From positions 6,820,001-6,884,000 of the forward strand of contig JAYWIR010000003.1 of assembly GCA_036172245.1 (NCBI GenBank): DNA of 64,000 nucleotides. The letters are read 5' to 3'. The notes beneath the pieces were generated by a model. The model was not told the origin of the DNA, searched no databases, and saw only the letters and a list, made by a program, of their open reading frames with translations. Below, in pieces: positions 1-13,154 of this stretch. This DNA is from Raillietiella orientalis. Taxonomy: Eukaryota. Made by a program: the position numbers and the translations under genes. Each line of letters begins with the position of its first letter. Position 1 is the first letter of the stretch.

Positions 1-1799
1 CTTTGGGATTGCATACACACTAAGCATATTACAAGCACAACAATACACGTAAAACGTAATAGGCACAAAATGTATTTGCTCGGTTGATAACCACTTGGTC
101 ATTCACTTTTCACAAAAAACAAACTAATCAATTACTGCAATCGATACGAATATCTCCTTCACTCTCATCACACATTCAGAAGTCCAAATTACTGAATGAT
201 TCTTAGAAAATTTCCAGCTACTTAATAAAAATCTTTAAGGCACTGTTAAGAAAAATATTTATTATAATAATTACGTTTTTCTTATGTTCTTATATTTTCT
301 CTGGCTTTAACTTCACAGATTTTGATACAACTTTATTAGTTTCCAATGATTTTAAAACCCATCCTTCGACGTCCAAAGAATTGCCACCTTTTTTTTTATT
401 ACTGTCATTAAGAAATTATTTGAAGATCATAGTTGAAAGCAGAAAACTATTCAGCTGAAGAGATCTTGCTAGGTCTCATTTACAGAATCGCAAAAATTAA
501 TTACATCTTAAGAACTCTCTGTCTGATAGTTAAAGTTAAGCACAAATAGCGTTTTCCCTTAAAAAGAAAACAATAGATCCAATTTCCATAGCTGAAGATT
601 TTTAATAAATCATTATTTTATCACAAAAAAATACATTTACATATTTCTAACTCGTTAAAAGTTTCAGATTTAAATTACTTAAAATAATGATATCTAGAAA
701 TGAGATAGATTTTTATCCTCATGTTAAAACCAATATTCTGGTCACTCACAATGATTAATTTGTTATTTATGAAAATTGTTGATTTCTTCGAAACCATTTA
801 AAATATATCGACCAGTAACCAAGTGAAGTTAACTGACAATTAAGGGAAAATGGCCTATTTGAATGCATCTACTCCTGTTAATCGCAAACTTTTCCTCTTC
901 ATAGCAGTCTTTGAAGATTTTATTATACTTGTGTCATTCTTCTTATTCTATGAATGGGTTAAGATACAAGTTGAAATGAATTCAAAACGTTTAGGCAGTT
1001 TCAGCATTGTATAGTTAAAATGACCAATACTCAGCAATTTATTCACTACTTATGTGTTTGTTATTTTCTTCTATGATGGCGAATGCTCTGAATTGTGTCT
1101 GAAGGCGTATTATATTATTTGCAATTGTTTTAATACCTACTATGTCCCTGCAACCAGATTACATTCAGGATGCATTGCATTGTGTGTTTTCTATCATAAT
1201 ACTTTAGTTTGAAGCAGTTGGTCATCTTTGCAGTCGAAGACTTTTCATGATCTGGCACCATCTTTTTGATTGTTCATCCTTTCCCCATCTTCCTGTATCC
1301 CCACAAGAATCCACAAATGGGTACAGTCCTGCTGACCACTCAAAAAATCACGCAAAAGCACGACTTCAGGTTTTTTGTCGATACACACCTCTGACCTGCT
1401 GTTAATTAAGTCTAAAAACGCTTCGAACGACTCCACTGGGATGGATGTGGACAGAAGGCAAAACATACAGTCCAAATATGCCGCCTCGACCGGCGTGCAA
1501 ATGTATGAGCTCCGTAAGATCAGAATTTACCAATGCACATTCAGCACTAACCCAAAGATACTGAACAGTACAGGGTGCGAACTCTCCGCACAGCCACCTT
1601 ACATGTGATGATTGTTAAAACAAGGTTCCATAAGAGCATTGATACAGATAGAGTCCCGAAAGACTAGCCAAGCGTTGCGGGAAGCCAACGCCACGTTGCA
1701 GGTGAAGTTAAATCCTTGCGAAGAGCAGAACTCTCTTTATGTTTCGTCTCGTCGCCGGGTAGGCGGCACTGGATGCCACCCAATAGGAGGTCTTCTCCT

Positions 1800-2310
1800 G
1801 GACCCAGGCGCTTCTCAGGTTCAGACTGGGACACAGGGCGAGTCTGCGGGCCGGGTCCTGGGCCCCGCCAGCTCCCACAAAGAGAGAAGCCTCCTCTTCG
1901 CGGGCGCGTCGGCGCTGGTGCCGTCTCCGGCACGTAGCGAAGGCTACGGAATCCCGGCACGAGGGCGAAGGCGAGGGAGACGTTCCCATCCGCTGTCCGA
2001 GACAGAGAGGGGAGGAATTCATCAGCTCCAGAGTCGGCGTTGGAGGTGATGGGCTCGGAGGGTGACCCGAGCTCGCTGCGAGTGGCGGCGCCAACGGTGG
2101 CGAAGTACCGTAGGCGGGACTCCAAGTCGGCGAAGGGAACTGCGCGCGAGGAGCCGTTCATGATGACGTTGGAGTGGATCTCCCCTGAGGCGTTCCGCAG
2201 GACCACCTGGAGGCTCTGATGCGGCCGTTCCTGTGGTGTGCCGGCAGAGGCGACCACCGCAGCGTCGCGTGCGTGCGGTTGTAGACTTCAGCCGTACCGA
2301 GACGGCTCAA
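1800..2310 (-). pseudogene. Degenerate Roundabout (Robo)-like fragment: membrane-proximal FN3 domain, decayed TM segment and basic juxtamembrane stretch
   Basis: Two minus frames join into a clear FN3 repeat: AEVYNRTHATLRWSPLPAHHRNGRIRA (ORF 2158..2355) then QVVLRNASGEIHSNVIMNGSSRAVPFADLESRLRYFATVGAATRSELGSPSEPI (ORF 1664..2257). Restoring one A between 2211/2210 (GCC T[A]C CAG) recreates the conserved Tyr and fuses the frames. Downstream are a hydrophobic remnant (VSLAFALVP / SVAFAT) and CRRRHQRRR in another frame. The pattern resembles the third FN3 of arthropod Robo as I recall it. GC-rich island in AT-rich flanks; boundaries approximate. Confidence 0.7.
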
Positions 2311-3698
2311 GTCTTCTGCGGAGTAACCAAAAATTCCACAGCATTCTAGTCTCATTTCCTAACATTCGTCCACGCTAGCTTTTGTGTTCTTTGGCCACAG
2401 CCTGGAGATTTATTCTGGCGAAGTGGAGGGAGATGGATACATCTGTTTGTCTTCAATCTATAGTAAGAACACCTTAGAATCAGAAAAAAAGAATGAGTTC
2501 TTAATAACACATTAAAAGGAACAGTTTGATAGGTTCAGTAGGTGTGAACTCGCTACGACGACAATGATCAGGCGATCTCGATCAACACCAGTTAATATCA
2601 TTGCTTCAGTTTATAGTGAATATCTCACTCTCTGTACGTTTCATAAGATTTCGAAAACTTAGCAAAAATGCAAACAATTTTTTAGAGACTTACTTTCATT
2701 CCTAAAATCTGAATCCTATTTTTCAAGGATTTGTGGATTTAGAGAGGTGAATTTTGAATGAGCATTTTAATAGCTTATGAGTTCTCGATTATCATGAAAG
2801 AACAAACATGCGCATTACTTAGTCTTTTTTTCGATTTCTCATGCTGAACATCCAGTGTTCAATAAAACTAATGCTTTTCCATAAATTTAGTCTTGAAATA
2901 AAAAAGTCTTCTAGAGACTCATTTTTAAATACTCGTTGATTCGTTGATTCGGAACAGGTTTTTTTTATTTTGAAATTCTTGCTAAAGAATGAAAAAACAA
3001 GCGTTTCGCATACTTTAATTGCGAACGAGATTAAGTATCCTTTATAATAAGAATAAGAGATAATAATAATAAGAGCAACTTTATAATCTTATTTCTTTAG
3101 GTGTGGTTCTTCATTTGTAGGTTCCAATTTCAGTTGAATTTCAGTTTCATTAATTAGTATTGAAAAAACTTGTCTAAGTTTTTCCAATACTAATTGATGA
3201 GCACAAAATATTTCTTACATTTTATGCCATACGATTTATGACACTGTTCTTTTGTTCTCTAATAGAAATTGTGGGAAATACTGTTTGTTATTTTCTGGAA
3301 AATACATTCATAATATCCTGGTAAGCCTGTTATTTTGACGCATGAAAGTACATTTCTGGTAGAGGTTTTGGGCGTGTAAAGTTAACGTGAGAGGAGCATT
3401 TCAAGATGGTTTAATTTGTACATTTGGTGTAAGAATTTGTGTTGTAGCTTTTTCTACATGATTTGATTGCCGATCATTCCAGAAAACTTGTAAAATTTTA
3501 ATGTTTCCTTAAGTTTTTTTGCAAGTTTTTTTTTGCAGAAACAAACCAAAGAAATACACTTCACATATTTATGTGAGCTGTGGAAGCTTCTCATTACAAT
3601 GTACAAGCAATGATTGTTAAAGTCCATGTTTTTTCTCCCAGAAATTAGAAAATCTTATATATAGTCATTCATCTAGTTTACATGTTCTAGTCACTATT

Positions 3699-6600
3699 AT
3701 GGCTTTGAAAACAGTGGTTGCCCAAAGTAAGTGATTTTGGTTTAGTCCATTGGGGTTCACTGCCTGATGAAAAGTATAATAAGTAATGATTTCTATGAAG
3801 TTGGTGCTTTTAGGAAATGTATTTTTGCATCCCAAAAATACGTTTCAAAGCCTTAGAAAATTGATGACTAGTGAACACACGAAGTCGATCCCATGCAGAT
3901 TTATCCCTATGTAAACAAATGTGATTGTATTGAAGCATGTGTTTTTCATTGGTTGATATCATTTTTTGTGTTTATTAGTTAGTTGGATCTGAATTCTCGG
4001 TCATACTATGCTACAAGGATTGTTTGCAATGATTTGTTTTCGTTCCCTTTTGAGCATATGTACAGCCAAAGTGGGTACCAAATTCCGGTTTATGGAAAAC
4101 TCGTTTTTGTTCTTTTCAAAAATGTGCAAAGTATTTCTTTTTGTATGCATGAAAAGAAAAGCTTTACCTTGTAGTTTCATTTATCTTCCATTTAGTAATT
4201 GTAATTTGAAGATAGTTATTATAAATTATGCACTTCCGAGACTACTGAGGTTGTGACTTAGATTCATTGATTTATTATGCCATATGACCATGCTTATGAC
4301 ATGATTCAATATACCTAGAACTATTTTCTGTTGAAGCCTGTCTTGATTCTTGTATGGTTGAAAATTGGAAGTGAATAGTTTACTTGGAATACATGAGTTT
4401 ATACTTGAAATTGTTTTGTGACCTTTATCATGGAATCATATCAAATTTACAAGTTTATGTGTTATAAAAATTCTAAAATCTTATGCTCTTAAATCTGTGT
4501 ATTTTATAAATCTGGTGGTTAGTAAAGCATGTGTTTATCAGGTATATTGAACACTGAATTTTTATTGAGTACATTTCACTTATTGATGTTGATGATATCA
4601 ACTGAATGGAAAATCTGTATGCTCCATATTTAGTGTATGTATCCTAAATACATCTTATTTTGAAACTTTCTAATATCATTGTGATTCCTGTATCTGACTT
4701 TGAAGCCAAAACAATTAATAGATGTTATTTATGTCCTTGCTTCATATTTTGTGTGGCATTAATGGACTTTATCTTTTTGCAAGAGTATGTTTGTTTATTT
4801 TATGATGTTAGCATAGTATTTATCCCAAGTAAGAAATTTCAGGGTTACAAAGGAGTTAATCTTTTGATTTTAAGCATTTTAATTGCCCTATTATAACTCA
4901 AGGCATTTGTTCCATTATAAACCATATTCTTAAAATATGGTTTATGAAATCAAAACAAGAAAGTTCACTTTACTTTGCTTGCTGAAAATATGCTAATAAA
5001 GTGCAAAAAAGCATTTTATCTATTTACATAAATCTTGTCATGTTTCCTTGACTGAATAAAAATTGTAATGTATTACATTTCTTTATCATTGCAACAAAAA
5101 CAGCAGTACTATACCAAAGTGCAAATTCATCTTATTCTCTAACTTTTCAGAAATTCTGACAGAAGTCATTCGGCCTCACAAACGTACCAAATCAAATGAT
5201 TGGAAGGTCCTTGTAGTGGATCAGCTTGGTATGCGTATGATCTCTGCCTGCTGCAAAATGCAAGGTTTAGCAGCAGAAGGCATCACAAGTATTATTGTTG
5301 TGCAGTTGTAGAAGTTTGATTTTTTTGTGTGCACAGTTGTTGAAGATTTGCATAAGCGACGAGAGCCATTACCTTCCATGGAAGCTATTTATCTAATTAC
5401 ACCTTCGGAAAAATCCATGAAGGCTTTGATGCAAGACTTCATGTCTGTGGCACGTGCAATGTATAAGGTAGCACATGTATATTTTACAGAAGGTAAGCGT
5501 GCATTACATCTTGACTTTACTCTAATCTGATATTTAGTATGTCCTGAGGAACTGTTTAATGATTTATGCAAACATCCGTGTGCCAAAATGATTCGGACAC
5601 TTAAAGAAATTAACATTGCATTTCTTCCATATGAATCACAGGTTTGAACTGAAAATTATCACTTGTGACAGTTATCAGTAATTACAGGTCTTTTCATTGG
5701 ATAGTCCACAATCCTTCCAGTATTATTACAACCCTGCTCGTGCTGCTGGAAGGGTTGCTAATTTGGAAAGGCTGGCTGAACAGATTGCTACTCTTTGTGC
5801 TACTCTTGGAGAATATCCTGCTGTGCGGTATCGCAGTGATTTTGAACGGAATGTGGAACTGGCTCAGTTAGTACAACAGAAGCTGGATGCATACAAAGCA
5901 GATGAACCAACTATGGGTGAAGGTGCAGAAAAAGCGAAATCTCAGCTGTTAATTGTGGATCGAGGAGTGGACTGTATATCACCACTCTTGCATGAACTCA
6001 CTTTTCAAGCCATGGCTTATGATCTTCTGAACATTGAGAATGATGTCTACCACTATGAAACTGCTGAAGGAAGCATCGAGAGAGAAGTACTTCTTGATGA
6101 AAGCGATCCTTTATGGAGGGACTTACGCCACCAGCACATAGCTGCTGTATCACAAACTGTCACCAGACAGCTAAAAAATTTTATTGATGCTAAGCGCTTT
6201 CCAGTGGGTGATCGCAGTTCTTTGAAAGATTTGTCACAGATGATCAAGCGTATGCCACAGTATCAACGAGAGTTGAGTCAGTATTCAGCACATTTACATC
6301 TAGCTGAAGATTGTATGCGTGTGTACAAGAATTATTTGGATGCTCTATGTCGTGTTGAGCAGGATCTAGCTATGGGTATTGATGCACAAGGAGAACGTAT
6401 CAAAGATCATATGCGTTTGATGGTGCCCATTTTGCTTAATCCTCACACAGAGCCTAATGACAAACTTCGTATTGTGCTATTGTATATTCTTGTGAAAGGA
6501 GGCATCCCTGAGGATAGTCTGTGTAAACTGGTAGAACACGTACATATTCCTGAACCTGATAAAGCATTGTTGCTGAACATGATGCATTTGGGTGTACCTG

Positions 6601-7074
6601 TTTTGACTGATGGTGCCACTAAGCGCAAAACATACCAGATTCCACGGAAAGGACGTATTACTGAAGAAACTTATCAGCTATCTCGTTGGACACCGATCAT
6701 GCAAGACATAATGGAAGATGCTATTGATGATAAGTTGGATATCAAACACTTCCCTTTCCTTCCTGGACGTATGCCAACATCTGGTTATCGAAGTGTACCA
6801 ACTAGTGCTCGCTATGGACAATGGCACCGGGAGAAGGGTGCCACAAATATTAAAAATGTGCCCCGTCTTATTGTGTTTGTTGTAGGAGGTCTTTGTTTTT
6901 CTGAAATGCGTGCTGCTTATGAAGTAACAGCAGCTGTAAAAAACTGGGAAGTAATTATTGGTAAGTGGTGTACAATAAAAGCATACTTTCTTTTTCTGTT
7001 TCCTTTCAGGATCTACACACATTTTGACTCCCACCAACTTTTTAAATGATTTACGAGATCTAGGCAATCCTTAA
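3699..7074 (+). CDS. Rop: Syntaxin-binding protein 1 / Munc18-1 / Rop (Sec1/Munc18 family)
   Basis: Exons 3699-3726, 5151-5288, 5337-5492, 5538-5641, 5688-6960, 7010-7074, all GT-AG with consistent phases. Motifs [107 protein letters not shown] at 7141-7146. Confidence 0.97.
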
Positions 7075-7180
7075 TATTTATTGGCTGTTGTTTTGCTATA
7101 ATTGTATAATGTGGTTACATTCCATTTTAAGAGAATCTTTAATAAAGTCAGTATGATATCATTATAATGTTGCATGTATT

Positions 7181-7765
7181 CTATATGGGAAGGCAGGATT
7201 GTATTGTTTGCAACAAAGATTCAACATCACTATCAGTTAAGCGCTCCTCACTTTCTTCAATTAGCTAGCTGTTGCTATAAGTACATTTAATCATACTTAC
7301 ACTCACCAGTTGAATTTCTAAAGGTGTCTGAGGTCTTAAGTTTAGTAACTGTAATTTCTCTGCTTTGGTAAGATTGTACTGTTTCATTCTTTCCAAAAAG
7401 GTTGAGATTATTTCAGGGGACTGAAATTTGCATGGCTGCCTTTCGAGATATTGAATTGTCTGTTCAAGGAAAGGTGATTTCAGCTTAAACATGTATACAC
7501 TTACTTCATAAGCAATGGTGGCTAAGTGCTTCTGATTATCATTTACCGTCTTGCACCATTTCTCATTTTTGTGTTTCAGAGAATCCAATACACTAAGCAC
7601 CTTAAAAAGATTACATCGTTATCCCTTTTAGCGTATTAGCGTTCGAGTAAACTGCCAATATCTACATTCGTTACCTCATAATTACTCAGGAAGGCTGATT
7701 TTTCTTTGACACTGAAATTATTTGTGTATCTTTCACGGACAGGAAGAATGGACTCACATTTCCAT
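7181..7765 (-). CDS. CRCP: RNA polymerase III subunit RPC9 / CGRP receptor component protein
   Basis: Exons 7765-7758, 7711-7675, 7600-7505, 7459-7307, 7264-7181 give MEIVKEKSAFLSNYEVLSVL...LATIAYETIQYL...[40 protein letters not shown] (Rpb4/RPC9 HRDC-like motifs). Minus-strand AATAAA at 7082-7077. Confidence 0.93.
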
Positions 7766-10700
7766 TTATGTTAATCCCACGTGCTCGTACTGTTTAGGAA
7801 AGTCGAGTACAGCATCTTTTCGGCAATGGCAATCCACAAACGAATAAATACAACACTCAGAAATGAATTCCTAACCTGAAAACAAACTCTTGGTGAAACT
7901 ACAGTTTCTGCACGGCAGTGCAAGTTCGCGAATTTTATATGCATTTTTCAATATCAACTGGCTTTTGCATACATCCACACAGTCGCCTTTCCGAAAAAGC
8001 GCATGGCAACGCCGACCGCTGCTGCGACTTAAATGCGGACGGCAAAAGCGAAGCCGTCAGCTGGGCGGAATCTCAAACGTTGCCGCCAGAAATGCAGGAC
8101 TGCAGCTCCAGAAGTCGTGAAATCTTGAAAATGGCTTCCAAAGCATTTTGGATTTTCAAGGTGCCCATTCTGCGGACCTCCTGCGTGATCAAAACAGAGC
8201 GGATGAGTTTACGACTTTATAAGATACATAGGGTTCTTACGCACCGTAAGAGTGCAGCCCAAATAAGAACAGTTGCATCATTTCCGTGACTTGCCATCTC
8301 TCAAGAGAAGTTTTCTCACACGCATAGAGTACTCCTAAATGATTTCCGCTTATTTCCCTTTCCATTCTAACATTTCTAAATTCTTGAAGTTGTACTACAG
8401 CATAATTGTAATTAAAACTCCACCCATTCTTAAGAATCTGCCATAATTCACCATTCCCTTAATAAATTGCATTATGCTCCATCTTCTTACAGAGAGTCCA
8501 CTGGGAAATTCTTACAGAAGCCACCTACTGCACTTTTGTAAAATAACCCAGCGAAGCTGCACGTTTTTGGTGTCCTAATGAAGACGGATACGGTTCACAG
8601 TCCTCATATCGTGAAAACATAGTTCATAATTTTCGTTACGTTACAAAATAGTTCTTTTTTTTGAATACCATGAATAAACGAACTGAAATTATTTTTTTTT
8701 ACTCTCAACTGAGGATATCCGTGCATAGTTCCTGTGTACTCAAAGAGAATTATAGTAGACGTTTATAGTATAGGGCCTGTCAACAACGAGAAAATCTGAA
8801 AACAAATCACTTCTCCCGGGGTTTTCAGTCGTAGATTCATGAACTGCATACTCTGACAAAGTGTCGATAAAAGCATTAGAGCCCCCTATGCTTTGAGGAG
8901 TCCAGAATATGCTAATGAAGATAGGAGCTAATATTAGAAGTTCAGATTAGCTCATCGTGATTGCATCGTAATAAAGAAAGAGAAACAAAAAACTATCATG
9001 ATATGAACAACGAAGTAGAACATATAAATTCTTAATAGAAATGTCATAAATCTAAATCAAATACCATACGTATTTAACAATGCACAACTTGAGCTGAAAA
9101 TTTCTGCTTTACTCGTTTAGACTAGAAAACTTAATAAAGATGATTGATGCATTCCCAAAACTCTATTTTTAATAACTGTACTCAACACGTAAGGCCAATT
9201 TCGTGATATTTTTTTAAAAACAGTGAATTTGTAACAAACAAGAGAAAATTCTTTAAACAGGCACATCTTACTCACACCATGAAGAGTTCAACATCGGGAT
9301 GAGAGAGCTTCAATGCTTTGTGCATTCATCTTTTAAATACAGAGTACCAATTTTGCCCATTTTGAAATAGAACCAATCTGTTATTTTTCCATCGCGATTA
9401 TTCTCCATTACAAGAAGTCTTTGCCAAAATCCATTTTTGATCCTTGTTGGCAACCGAATTCAATAGTTTTTCCCTTTCCATGAATGTATGATAGGCATTA
9501 ATTGAGTCCATTTTTGAAGGCCTTTCATGTAATTAATCTTCGAAGCTTACATTTACGTGAACTTAGTGATCTCTGTTTCACACAAAAAAATGAATGGATA
9601 ATTCTCAGCCTATTTCGTTCCGCAGGTTACCAAGTTTCGAGGGAATAACTTGAGCATAGGTGAAAAGCTACTTTCCACTTGAATTTACGAATGTTCATTT
9701 TCTGTAAAAATCAAGTTTCTGCATACATCTCACTGAGCTTATACAATTGTCTTCTTTTCTCTTGAAAGAAGAAAAGGTTTCAACGAAACGCAGGAAAACA
9801 TAATCTTCAATACACTTGAAATCTTAAATCTTGAAAGGCTCCGTGCATACAAAGATATTCCATATTCATATAAATCAGAAAACAGTGGTTGATTTGATTT
9901 TTTGATATTCTATGTAGTCAATTTTTTGTTTGTTGTTACCGAATGAAAGCCCTAGTACAATGCTGGATGGTACTGGATGGTGCAAGTATTCGTATGACAT
10001 GTCACGACTCCTATGTTGGACTGGAGTTAGGATTATCAATCATTCTTAGAAGAAAGCATTGATAGCTTTAATGATCGATTAATAGCCAAAAGTGAGGTAT
10101 TCGTACATTCTGATTCTCTACTCTATCAGAACTAGATTCATTCCACGATTTCGGAATAAATCATACACTTGAATAATAAATAGCAACAGCGATTTTTGGG
10201 CAAAGTGACTCTCATGATAAATGTGCCTTTAGGATAACCGTCTATGATACTTGGCTGTGCATCCAGAAACTTTGTGCATCAGTCTCTGAGCTGAAAGCAT
10301 TCAGTTTCAGTTCAGTTACTTTGAGAGGCGAGGCTTAAATGTGTTGGACAACACAGTTCCCATGCACTTTGTATGTACTTCACGTATACGCTGAAAACTT
10401 ACTTTAAATGCACGATACACCCAATCGACGTATATAACGTGTTCCTTTGAACTATTGCATACTCTCATCTCATTTAATTACCTCAAGAATAGTGTTTCTT
10501 CAACGTGTTGTGTTGGTGAGTGTTTGCATCTTCCCAATTGTGACTGGTGAGGGAGTGATTTCTTTGAAAATTTTTTTGCTAAATGACCATATATGCATAC
10601 TCAGATGTGAAGATCAAGTACTGTTTCGAATTTAGAAGTGGAGCGAAGGAGAGATGCGAACACTCACCAGCACAATATGCTGAAGAAGGAACGTTCTTCA

Positions 10701-11039
10701 GGCGATTGAATGAGATAGGAGTATGCAATAGTTGATGAATTAAGTGAGCAGCGGCATCAGGTTTGGCAAACAAAGAAGCTGAATCACTTTGCAATGAAAG
10801 AGAAAAATTACTCAGTGCCATTAACTAACAGAAGTAAGGAAGTAAATGAATGCAAATCTGATAAAATAACTAAAACACGATGGGCCTGGAGCTAAATATT
10901 TTGAAGAATAGCCCTGCCGAAGAAGTGCTGGAGCACCCACTGGTGCGTTCCGGCCCGGATGCTGGTCAAGAGAAAAGCCGGTTCAGACGGTCTCAACTCG
11001 TACCTCGTTAACAGTCACTGAAGACTGCCGCAATGGGTC

Positions 11040-11960
11040 TAGCAGCTTCGACATATGGTTGCCTTGGCTCAGGACCACACTTGGAACTCCTGCTAGCCCA
11101 CGAACTGTAGTTCCTGGAAACAGGAAACAGTTCAGACGTGGGCGAAGATCAGCGGCACGATCCTGAAAGAAACGAAACGTCTCTGATCTTCCAACAACGC
11201 TCGTTGCTGCGACGCTGTCATCCCTGCGGGATAGCCAGGACATAGCCAACAGCCCACAAGAAGGGAAATAAATTGCGAGATATGAGGAAAAAAGAAGCAG
11301 TTGGGATGCTGGGCGGCCGCGCCAGCTGGCTGACGCAGCCTCCCCCCTGCCTTCCCCAAAGAATTTCTCCTCTGGGCAGACCTCCTTGGAATCCCTTTGG
11401 AGGAAGTGGAGATCCACGCGGTGTTTTACGACAGCTCTATGTCCTGAAATGGCAAGACTCGGCGTTGAGGCTGCCGCATTGGGCCATTCATGCAATGCCC
11501 GCCTCGATCAATGGACCAGAGTGAGAGGTGCGGTGACAGGGAAACCCTGCGGCAGCATCTTTCGGGGAGCGCTGCCCTCCGGCGTGTGTGGGGACATCTG
11601 ACCACGTTCTCATTCAGACGCCTCTTCACGTGTGGCGTCATGTGTCCTGCCGCGGCGATAGCAGCTTCGTGCTGCGGACGCAGAATCTGTGGCGGATAGA
11701 CGTCTCGACGACGGAGGCCGAAATAACCGAGAAGTCTTCTCCTTCGTCTTCTTGTCCATAGGGATCGCAGTGAGATGGCCGCACCTTAGGCGGCCATCTC
11801 ACCTTAGGGGCAACCAAGGGGAACTTGCTAGCATCCTTGAGAGGATGCAGAGGCCACCACGGAACAACCTGTGATTCCTTTTCTTGCCCCCCCCCCCAAA
11901 AAAAACATTTGAGCACTTTTTTGTTTAATATTGATTTTTCTTTTGTTTATTTCCTTTTCC
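11040..11960 (+). mobile_element. L1/Tx1-like non-LTR retrotransposon, decayed ORF2 3' part (copy A)
   Basis: Broken frames give WKQETVQTWAK (cf. WRQEPLYAWAR in copy B), SERCGDRETLRQHL (degenerate C-terminal zinc motif) and WPHL..GELASILERM (cf. WPQLSGMKKDLEGILQRM at 14.3 kb), followed by a T-rich 3' UTR. Boundaries approximate. Confidence 0.65.
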
Positions 11961-12069
11961 CTAATTTCCCTGGGCGGGTCTCTTCCGTCGACTGCTTCCG
12001 AGCAGAGACCTCCTCCGGGAATGTGTGGAAGTAGTGGCATTGTACTGCCACTACAGAAGGACTGCAAAC

Positions 12070-13137
12070 GAAATTTAACGCCTGGCGGCAGGAACCGTTG
12101 TATGCCTGGGCAAGGCAACAGAATGTTCCCCTTTTGGAACTCCGTTGCGTCAACCTCCATCCGTGCTGTACGGTGGATGAGGTGTGCAACAGCCAGGAGA
12201 AGTGGACTCGCCTGGCCGTCACGCCCCTCGCCGACGCGCTGTCAGCCCTCAGGGCAAGAGATGACAGCTGCGAACCGGCGAGATGGGAGGTCGCCTGCAC
12301 CATCGCAGGAACAACACGACCCATTGGCGGCTGGAGGACTTGCGAGCTGGCAGACGCCGCCACGCCTCGCCACATCCCGAAGGGACTCCTTCGATGGAGT
12401 GAACACTTGAGTGTGCTCCCCGAAGAACTTGTGGTCCCTTCCTCCTGTTTGAACACTTCTGTGTTCCCCCTTTCGTGGAAGCAGGACGTCATCATGCTGG
12501 TGCATTGGGGTTTTCACTCCAACCAGCGGACGAACCGTGTTTCCGGGGGAGTTGTCTCCCCAAACTGTAAGCGGTGCGGGGAAGTGGAAACGCTCCCGCA
12601 CCTGCTCCTGGACTGCGGTGCCCTTCTAGGACTCTGGCGGAGGCTGGCCTCAGCTCTCCTGCACCAGGGGAACACCGCGAGGGACTTGATGCGCCGCTTC
12701 TTCACGCCAGGCGGCCTGTCTTTGGGTGCTGTCGTTGCAACCGTGTGTTGCACCTGCGCCATCGACAAGGCCCACCGAGAGTTGGAGAAGCTGGCCATCG
12801 TTCGTCAGCCCACCGGATTAGCCAGCGCAAGCATGTCGTCGGCTGCCGAGTGGGCCCATCTGCCAGAGGACGTGAGGAGAGAGATCGCCGGCATCCATCG
12901 CCGGTTTTGAAAGGAAGGAACGGACTCACCAAAGATCCCTGTCCCCTACCCTCCATATTATTATTTTTATTTTTTTTACAGTAGTGTATATGTGGTCCCT
13001 CCCTCCCGTTCCGGACTTTCGGCATACCGACCTGCGTGTCGGGGATCCCACCCCCTTCGTCTCTTGTTTTTCCTTTGTCCAGGAACTCTGTTCCCGGATA
13101 GTTTCTGAATAAACGCCCCGGCGCACCCGGGTGATAA
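12070..13137 (+). mobile_element. 5'-truncated L1/Tx1-like element (copy B): open ORF2 C-terminus and 3' UTR
   Basis: ORF 12098..12910 is open for 270 aa and contains CKRCGEVETLPHLLLDC, the L1-clade C-terminal zinc motif. The 3' UTR ends in AATAAA plus a stem-loop (13108-13133). Flanked by the 17-bp direct repeat ACAGAAGGACTGCAAAC (12053-12069, 13138-13154). Clearly similar at nucleotide level to 17850-18745. Confidence 0.85.
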
Positions 13138-13154
13138 ACAGAAGGACTGCAAAC

